DNA of 64,000 nucleotides from Bacteroidales bacterium (GTDB taxonomy: Bacteria > Bacteroidota > Bacteroidia > Bacteroidales > UBA3663): contig JAZRVB010000071.1 of NCBI GenBank assembly GCA_045598885.1, positions 39,260-103,259 of the forward strand, written 5' to 3'. The position numbers and the translations under genes are program-made. Within the stretch, counting starts at the first letter, position 1; each line of letters starts with the position of its first letter. Shown in pieces: positions 58,019 through 64,000 of this stretch. Under the pieces are notes generated by a model, which did no database searches, had not been told where the DNA came from, and worked only from the letters and a program-made list of their open reading frames with translations.

Positions 58019-58600
58019 ATGAAGAATCTTTCTGATGACATGCTGATTTCTCTCTTCTCCGAGGGAAATAATCAGGCATTTGATGAGTTACTCAACCGAT
58101 ACAAAGAGAAGTTGTACAATTATATATTTATGATTGTGCAGAATCGCGAAGTAGCCGAAGATGTCTTCCAAGACACCTTCACTCGCGTCATTGTCACCAT
58201 CAAGAGCAAGCGATACAATGAGAAGGGACGCTTCCAAGGCTTTCTCTTCCGCTTGGCGCATAATCTGGTGGTCGATATCTATCGTCAGGAGCAGACAGCA
58301 CAGTTCATCAGTCCTACCGAGGCGGGATATGATATCTTCAATGACAAGGATCTCTGTGACCAGTCGCTCGAAGATCGCGTATCGTACGACCAGGTGCTTC
58401 GCGATGTGCGCCGCCTGATCAATTTCCTGCCAGAAAACCAGCAGGAGATCATCAGGATGCGCTTCTATGAGGATTTATCGTTCAAAGACATTGCTGACAA
58501 GCTCAATATCAGTATCAACACTGCATTAGGCCGTGTGCGCTATGCAATCATCAACATGCGCAATATGGCAATTGAGCACAACATTTCGCTCGCCGTATAA
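58019..58600 (+). CDS. ECF-type RNA polymerase sigma-70 factor
   Basis: AFDELLNRY, AEDVFQDTF, LAHNLVVD, LPENQQE, SFKDIA, SINTALGRVRYA. Confidence 0.95.
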   Translation: MKNLSDDMLISLFSEGNNQAFDELLNRYKEKLYNYIFMIVQNREVAEDVFQDTFTRVIVTIKSKRYNEKGRFQGFLFRLAHNLVVDIYRQEQTAQFISPTEAGYDIFNDKDLCDQSLEDRVSYDQVLRDVRRLINFLPENQQEIIRMRFYEDLSFKDIADKLNISINTALGRVRYAIINMRNMAIEHNISLAV

Positions 58601-58641
58601 GAGAAGTGAAAACCATTTCACTAATTTCTAAAACATACACC

Positions 58642-59613
58642 ATGAATCTCGAACCCCGTCAACAAGCTTCAAGCAGAGAGAAGCACGCCTTCTACGAGAG
58701 TGCGGCCAAGCGCTTTAAGGCTGAGTGTCGTTTGACGGGTGCCACTGCGGCCATCCATCTTGAGAATAAGAATGACGAAATCTTCTGGGGGAAGGTGCTC
58801 CATGAGGCCTACCCTCAGGGCTGGTTCCGCTTCATTGCCGCCAGTCGCAGCTTCAGCGGCAACATGACTGCCGGCTGCACCCAGTGTCTCCAATACCGTG
58901 ATTTTCTCGACCAGCGATTCTGGATTGCCATTGACTCCGACTATCGTTATCTGACCGAAGAGAGCGGCATTGACGCCAAGCATTATGTCCTTCAGACTTA
59001 TACTTATAGCTTTGAGAATCATTTCTGTTACCACAAAAATTGCCAACGAGCCATCGAGGTGGTAAAAGAAATTCCCGCCGAGCCTAAAGAGGCCTCTTCG
59101 GAAGGGAATCCAAATACAGAAGATCAGAAAGCTCCTCTCCCCGACTTCTCCTTCGAGAAATTCCTCAAAGAGTATTCACGTGCCGTCTATCCGCTGCTCG
59201 TCTGGCAGCTCTACCTGCAGGAAGTCGGCGAAGACGCTTTCCCTCAGAAAGTCTTCCACCGCATTCTGTCCCTTCCCCTGGGACACAGATCTATCTACAA
59301 TAACGGCGACTCAGTGCTTCGCATCCTCCGTGAGCGATGCTCCAAGCTCCTCAAGCACCTCAAGCAGACCTACCCCGATGCTGACACCACCTGGTACGAA
59401 GCCCGCTGCAATGCGCAGGGTGTGCATCGCGAGAACTGTTACCTTTTCGTGCGCGGACATCAGCTCTACGACCTGATCATTGCGCAGGGCTCACGTTTCA
59501 ATAAGCGTTTCGAGAAAGAACTCACCAGCCAGCTCTATTTCGGCGAATATGATGAGATCTCAAAGATCCACGAGGATATTCTCAGGATTGTAGCTAAAGA
59601 CAAGTCAAAATAA
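58642..59613 (+). CDS. DUF4435 (TOPRIM-like) protein, AriB-like
   Basis: HLENKNDEIFW (Glu motif), IDSDY (DxD), TYTYSFENH, VRGH; start is ATG 58642 or GTG 58606. Confidence 0.8.
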   Translation: MNLEPRQQASSREKHAFYESAAKRFKAECRLTGATAAIHLENKNDEIFWGKVLHEAYPQGWFRFIAASRSFSGNMTAGCTQCLQYRDFLDQRFWIAIDSDYRYLTEESGIDAKHYVLQTYTYSFENHFCYHKNCQRAIEVVKEIPAEPKEASSEGNPNTEDQKAPLPDFSFEKFLKEYSRAVYPLLVWQLYLQEVGEDAFPQKVFHRILSLPLGHRSIYNNGDSVLRILRERCSKLLKHLKQTYPDADTTWYEARCNAQGVHRENCYLFVRGHQLYDLIIAQGSRFNKRFEKELTSQLYFGEYDEISKIHEDILRIVAKDKSK

Positions 59614-59636
59614 ACCAAGCGCTGCCGAAGTGTTAT

Positions 59637-59746
59637 AAAATGAAAAATCCCACTCTCCACGAGCAGGATTTTCCCATGATATGTTTTTTTACGATGTAAG
59701 ACTTAAGACTATATTTTTATTGCCATCAATTTATATATTTTTCTCT
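59637..59746 (-). ncRNA. Candidate small RNA convergent on the DUF4435 gene
   Basis: Minus-strand promoter TTTG (59782-59779), 20-nt spacer, TATCTTTG (59758-59751); no substantial ORF; hairpin at 59644-59672 followed by a U-rich run. Confidence 0.45.
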
Positions 59747-59804
59747 GGTGCAAAGATAAACTTAAAAATAAAAAATTCCAAACATTTTTTCAAGAAAAAA
59801 CCCT

Positions 59805-59870
59805 AAACATGTTGTAGAACATATTTTTGGCAGATATTTTTCGACAAAACATGTTATAGAACATATTTTT
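59805..59870. promoter_or_regulatory. Twin 24-bp direct repeats with palindromic core (candidate operators)
   Basis: aaacatgtt(g/a)tagaacatattttt at 59805-59828 and 59847-59870, 42 bp apart. Confidence 0.65.
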
Positions 59871-59921
59871 TTTATCTTATCATTCGAAATAGTGATATAA
59901 AAACGGCATATTGTCTGAATT

Positions 59922-60449
59922 ATGGGAAAAGAAATTGAAAGAAAGTTCCTGATCAAGGCCTGCACCTATCGCCAAATGGCCTCAGGCACCTATTATCACC
60001 AAGGTTATATTCCTACGCTCAATGGGATGACCGTCCGTGTCCGCATTGCAGGTGAACGAGCTTACACGACCTTCAAAGATCATGCTGTCGGCCTTACCCG
60101 CCATGAGTTTGAATACGAGATTCCCGTCGCCGATGCGCAGCAGATGCTCACCCTTATGTGTGCAAAGCCGCAGATCGAGAAACAGCGCTTTGTCATCGAC
60201 CTAAACGCCTGCACAGATGCTGCAGGCAATCCTTGTATTGCCACCTTGCCTGATGGCACTCCCGTGGAAGGATTGCATTGGGAAGTAGACGAGTTCCATG
60301 GTGACAACGAAGGCCTCGTGGTTGCCGAACTGGAGGTTCCCAGTGAGGATGTCCGCTTCACCCTGCCAGCGTGGATTGGCGAAGAGGTAACGGGCGATCA
60401 TCGCTACTATAACTCACAGCTCTGCAAGGTACCATTCTGCAAATGGTAA
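59922..60449 (+). CDS. CYTH domain protein (triphosphate tunnel metalloenzyme)
   Basis: EIERKFL, QGY, VRVR, EFEYEIP, WEVDEF, AELE, EVTGD.RYYN. Confidence 0.93.
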   Translation: MGKEIERKFLIKACTYRQMASGTYYHQGYIPTLNGMTVRVRIAGERAYTTFKDHAVGLTRHEFEYEIPVADAQQMLTLMCAKPQIEKQRFVIDLNACTDAAGNPCIATLPDGTPVEGLHWEVDEFHGDNEGLVVAELEVPSEDVRFTLPAWIGEEVTGDHRYYNSQLCKVPFCKW

Positions 60450-60500
60450 AAACATTTGAAAAAAATGATAAATGGTAAATGAATAAATAGTAATTGCAAG

Positions 60501-60797
60501 GTGTATCAGAAATTCATCATCTCAGAAGACGGCGAGTTACGCTTCGGTCACGTATACCTCCACCGCGACCTTTTAAATATAGGAGAAGATACTTGCTACG
60601 GTGGTGGCCTCTGGAAGATTGATCACAGTCGATGTGCTATCCTCCTCTATGGCCGATCATTCGACTTCGGAGGTCCCGATTTCAATTATATCCGAAGCAT
60701 CGACTGGACGGGGGTAGGCGGAAAACCGCTTCCACTATTCTTCCTGCCACATTGGCCGAATGAAGATCAGTTGGAAGCGGTTATGGTAAATCCGTAA
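60501..60797 (+). CDS. Small hypothetical protein
   Basis: GTG start; protein-like composition (GHVYLHRDL, CYGGGLW, GRSFDFG). Confidence 0.65.
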   Translation: MYQKFIISEDGELRFGHVYLHRDLLNIGEDTCYGGGLWKIDHSRCAILLYGRSFDFGGPDFNYIRSIDWTGVGGKPLPLFFLPHWPNEDQLEAVMVNP

Positions 60798-60812
60798 AAA
60801 TCACTCTTTTGT

Positions 60813-61013
60813 TTATTCCTCAGCAGGTTGTTGGAGCGAGGCTTTCGCTTTCTTCAGCCTGCCGTTCTTTTTGAGCGCCTCGGCCAATATCCATTGTATC
60901 TGGCCGTTGACCGAACGGAATTCATCTGCAGCCCACGCCTCGATAGCATCCATCGTAGCGCCATCGACACGTAGTACAAAGCTTTTAGTAGTGTTTCCTT
61001 CTTTCTTGGCCAT
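60813..61013 (-). CDS. Arc-family ribbon-helix-helix DNA-binding protein
   Basis: KSFVLRVD...WAADEFRSVNGQI; typical partner of this SPFH subfamily. Confidence 0.88.
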   Translation of the reverse strand: MAKKEGNTTKSFVLRVDGATMDAIEAWAADEFRSVNGQIQWILAEALKKNGRLKKAKASLQQPAEE

Positions 61014-61081
61014 TTTTTAATGTAAAATTTAAAATGTATATTGTATGCAAGGCTACTATGCCAGCAAAATTGTATACAAGC

Positions 61082-61507
61082 CTAACACGCCAACAGACGC
61101 TCATCAATCTTGACATCTGGATTAATCTTCCTGATCTCTTCGAGGAAATCCTGCTGATAGCGCGGTGAAAGCAGTACATCAGGACCACCTTTCACATCCA
61201 GACAGATACGGCTGAGCGAAGCAGCTGGAGAACTCAAGACGCTATGCGACTTGCGGATCTCTACGACCTGAGTCAGATCAATCGTGCCAGAAGGCAAGCC
61301 ACACACCTTGATCTTAAGTGTCTTCGTCTCCGGGTCAATATAATATCTGATGGTTAAGAAGATAGAAAGCACAAACAGAAAGATTGCAAAGAAAACAATG
61401 ACAGGTACAATCTCCCCAGATTTATAGACTTCATAACCAGTATAACCCATCATCAGAAGGATGAAGGTGATTATACTGACGCTGATGCGCGAAGGATATA
61501 CTTTCAT
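61082..61507 (-). CDS. Bacterial PH-domain membrane protein
   Basis: Two TM helices followed by SSPAASLSRI...LLSP...F motif. Confidence 0.8.
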   Translation of the reverse strand: MKVYPSRISVSIITFILLMMGYTGYEVYKSGEIVPVIVFFAIFLFVLSIFLTIRYYIDPETKTLKIKVCGLPSGTIDLTQVVEIRKSHSVLSSPAASLSRICLDVKGGPDVLLSPRYQQDFLEEIRKINPDVKIDERLLAC

Positions 61508-61546
61508 AATCGTAAAGTTTATGTCTTTTGATTAAGCTGCAAGTGA

Positions 61547-62497
61547 TCAGTGATTCAACGTACCTGAATTGATCACCGGCTGAGCAGGCTCATCAGCACA
61601 GAGTACTACGAGCAGGTTGCTCACCATAGCAGCCTTCTTCTCATCATCGAGGTCAACGATCTCTTCCGCAGAGAGCTTATCGAGCGCCATCTTAACCATC
61701 GAAACAGCACCCTCTACGATCTTCTCACGAGCAGTGATAATAGCAGCTGCCTGCTGGCGGCGTAGCATTACGGCAGCAATCTCTGGAGCGTAAGCAAGGT
61801 AGTTGATGCGAGCCTCAGTGACCTCAAGGCCAGACTGCTCCAGGCGCTCATTGAGCTTACCGAGCAACACCTCATTCACCTCATCGCTGCCACTTCGCAG
61901 GGTCACCTCCTTCTCGTCGTCACCATCGTTATCGTAAGCATACATACCTGCCACCTGACGGAGAGCCGAGTCGCTCTGGACAGCTACAAACTTCTCGAAC
62001 TTATTCATTCTCAAGCCAGCAGCATTGCCAACAGTATTTGAGTTAGCTACGTCTGTATCAATATCGAAGATAGCCTTATAGGTATCCTTCAAGCGCCAAA
62101 CGACTACGAGGCCGATCATCACTGGGTTACCAGCCTTATCGTTGACCTTGATAGGCTCTGCATTGAAGTTACGAGCACGAAGGCTTACCTTCTTGACGCT
62201 CATAAATGGATTGATCCAGTAGAAACCAGTAGCACGGAAAGTGCCGACATACTTACCGAAGAATGTGAGTACCTTGGCTTCGTTAGGTTCCTGCATCGAG
62301 AATCCGCAGAGGCCGATGATCCAGGCAAGCATCAGCAGAAGGGCACAGGTGAAAGGAATGCCATAGAACTCATCATAAGGGCCGAAGCTCAACGTAAAGC
62401 AATATACCATCGCTGCGATCATTACTAATACGAGGACCAGCATGAGGAAACCGTTCATCGATCCGCCCTTGAATTCAAATTCTTTGCTCTTTTCCAT
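61547..62497 (-). CDS. SPFH/Band 7 domain protein
   Basis: Two TM helices; [58 protein letters not shown]. Confidence 0.93.
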   Translation of the reverse strand: MEKSKEFEFKGGSMNGFLMLVLVLVMIAAMVYCFTLSFGPYDEFYGIPFTCALLLMLAWIIGLCGFSMQEPNEAKVLTFFGKYVGTFRATGFYWINPFMSVKKVSLRARNFNAEPIKVNDKAGNPVMIGLVVVWRLKDTYKAIFDIDTDVANSNTVGNAAGLRMNKFEKFVAVQSDSALRQVAGMYAYDNDGDDEKEVTLRSGSDEVNEVLLGKLNERLEQSGLEVTEARINYLAYAPEIAAVMLRRQQAAAIITAREKIVEGAVSMVKMALDKLSAEEIVDLDDEKKAAMVSNLLVVLCADEPAQPVINSGTLNH

Positions 62498-62561
62498 AAT
62501 TTAATAAAAGTTTTTGGTTTATAATAGTTGGTTAATAATGTAGATCGCAATAAAAGAATTA

Positions 62562-62580
62562 TGATATTAAAATGATATCA
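62562..62580. promoter_or_regulatory. Candidate Arc-type operator
   Basis: TGATATTA-AAA-TGATATCA: two near-palindromic 8-mers 11 bp apart in the SPFH operon leader. Confidence 0.55.
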
Positions 62581-62814
62581 CACCGCAAAGGAAATACTTT
62601 TGAAAGAATTATCCAAGAATATGATTGAAAAAGAAAGAATAAATTTAGTTCCAGCTACACCAATCACGCGTTTTTGCCACATTGGGATAACAAATTATTT
62701 CACTTGCTCGATATCCATTGGCACACGAAAGAGGAATAATTGGATTTCTCGGAGAAAAACGATAACTTTGCACAAGACTATTACCATTATAAATAATATA
62801 ATACCCCCCTTCAC

Positions 62815-63831
62815 ATGAAAGCTCTATTCATCGGCGGCACTGGCACCATCAGCTCTGCCATCACCGCTCTCGTAGCACAGACACCCGGCTGGGAACTCTA
62901 TCTCATCAATCGTGGCAATCGCAACAGCGAGCTCCCTGCAAACGTCAAGACCATCGTAGCAGACATTGACGACGAGGCAACCGTAGCCGCAGCTATCAAA
63001 GATCTGCAGTTCGACGTCGTCTGCGACTTCATCGGTTTCGTAACTACTCAGCTCGAGCGCGACTATCGCCTCTTCAAAGGCAAGACACGCCAATTCATGT
63101 ATATCAGTTCGGCTTCGGCTTATCAGAAGCCTCTCTCCTCTCCTTACATCACCGAGGGTACGCCACTCTGCAACCCTTACTGGGAGTATTCGCGCAACAA
63201 GATCGCCTGCGAGAACCTCCTCATGCAGTGGTACCGCAACGAAGGCTTCCCTATCACCATCATCCGTCCAAGCCACACCTACTGCGAGCGCAGCATCCCA
63301 GTGGCAGCACACGGCACCAAAGGCAGTTGGCAGGTGCTCAAGCGTATGCTCGACGGCAAGTCAGTCATCATCCCGGGCGATGGCACTTCACTCTGGACGG
63401 TAACCCACAACAGCGACTTCGCCAAGGCCTTCGTAGGACTTATGGGCAATAAGCACGCCATCGGCGAGACCTTCCAGATCACGAGCGACGAGCACCTTAC
63501 CTGGAATCAGATTCATGAGATCGTAGCTCAGGCACTTGGCGTGGAGCTCAAGGCCTATCATGTAGCCGCTGACTTCATGCATGCCGTAGGTCCTAAGTAC
63601 GATTTCGAGGGAGGTCTTATCGGCGATAAATCCTGCTCCGTCCTCTTCGACAACACCAAACTCAAGCGCGCCGTCCCTGGCTTCTGCGCCACTGTCCGCT
63701 TCGATCAAGGCGCTCGCATGGCCGTAGATTATATCCTGCAGCATCCAGAGTGTCAGGAAGAAGATCCTGATTACGATGCATGGTGCGACCGTGTCATTGC
63801 GGCACTCGAAGCTGCCAAGAAGAACATCTAA
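62815..63831 (+). CDS. NAD-dependent epimerase/dehydratase family (extended SDR) oxidoreductase
   Basis: GGTGTIS, NRG, YISSASAY, YSRNK, IRPSHTY; TAACTTTG box at 62763-62770. Confidence 0.92.
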   Translation: MKALFIGGTGTISSAITALVAQTPGWELYLINRGNRNSELPANVKTIVADIDDEATVAAAIKDLQFDVVCDFIGFVTTQLERDYRLFKGKTRQFMYISSASAYQKPLSSPYITEGTPLCNPYWEYSRNKIACENLLMQWYRNEGFPITIIRPSHTYCERSIPVAAHGTKGSWQVLKRMLDGKSVIIPGDGTSLWTVTHNSDFAKAFVGLMGNKHAIGETFQITSDEHLTWNQIHEIVAQALGVELKAYHVAADFMHAVGPKYDFEGGLIGDKSCSVLFDNTKLKRAVPGFCATVRFDQGARMAVDYILQHPECQEEDPDYDAWCDRVIAALEAAKKNI

Positions 63832-63836
63832 AAGAC

Positions 63837-64000
63837 ATGTCTCAGTTCAAAAAGAAACTACTATATAGCCTCAAAGCCGCTTGGCCAACTACTCTAAAGA
63901 GTGCCAAGTGGCTCTTGAAGCTGATGATTCCCATCTCATTAGCTGTGGCATTGCTGCAGCATTTCGGCATCCTTGAGTGGATTGCACAGTACTTGAATCC
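63837..64000 (+). CDS. Nucleoside-recognition (Gate) domain membrane protein, N-terminal part (runs off the right edge)
   Basis: Manual translation: MSQFKKKLLYSLKAAWPTTLKSAKWLLKLMIPISLAVALLQHFGILEWIAQYLN... Confidence 0.65.
   Translation, partial: MSQFKKKLLYSLKAAWPTTLKSAKWLLKLMIPISLAVALLQHFGILEWIAQYLN

Noticed and set aside
56810-59680. Site-specific invertible segment that would reunite DUF4435 and the ATPase
   Set aside because: Inverting this span would make the genes adjacent, but the only inverted match at the ends (tcatggg..aaa versus ttttcccatga) is short and imperfect, and no recombinase is nearby. An ancient inversion remains possible but is unsupported.
59922-60449. CYTH protein as an adenylate cyclase of a cyclic-nucleotide defence system
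   Set aside because: Most short CYTH proteins are triphosphatases, and no cyclic-nucleotide-binding effector is adjacent.

Overview
A 64 kb chromosomal segment of a Bacteroidales bacterium (Prevotella-like). The assignment rests on TTTG-N20-TAnnTTTG promoters, A-rich translation starts without Shine-Dalgarno sites, and Bacteroidetes gene families. The backbone is housekeeping: tpiA, clpC, hisB, dapA, pyrDK, uvrB, fhs, queD-queE-folE, relA, rsmA, dnaG, an MBOAT/SGNH O-acetylation cluster, metG, tRNA-Val and an SPFH-Arc operon. I saw no integrase, transposase, prophage or CRISPR array. The most notable observations are: (1) a split PARIS-like pair (ABC/AAA_21 ATPase and DUF4435 TOPRIM protein), each the second gene on one arm of a mirror-symmetric divergent promoter, followed by an orphan promoter-terminator unit (candidate sRNA) and twin operators; (2) two GGDEF proteins (propeller-YYY-GGDEF and GGDEF-HD-GYP-GGDEF) in a lineage generally poor in c-di-GMP enzymes, one lying directly behind a que operon that carries a preQ1-I-like riboswitch; (3) tandem hairpins with identical loops and covarying stems upstream of fhs; (4) many intergenic elements built from inverted arrays of 7-, 8-, 9- and 11-mer repeats, plus REP/MITE-like palindromes, two of which have entered coding sequence. 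All calls come from reading the sequence by eye; no searches were run.
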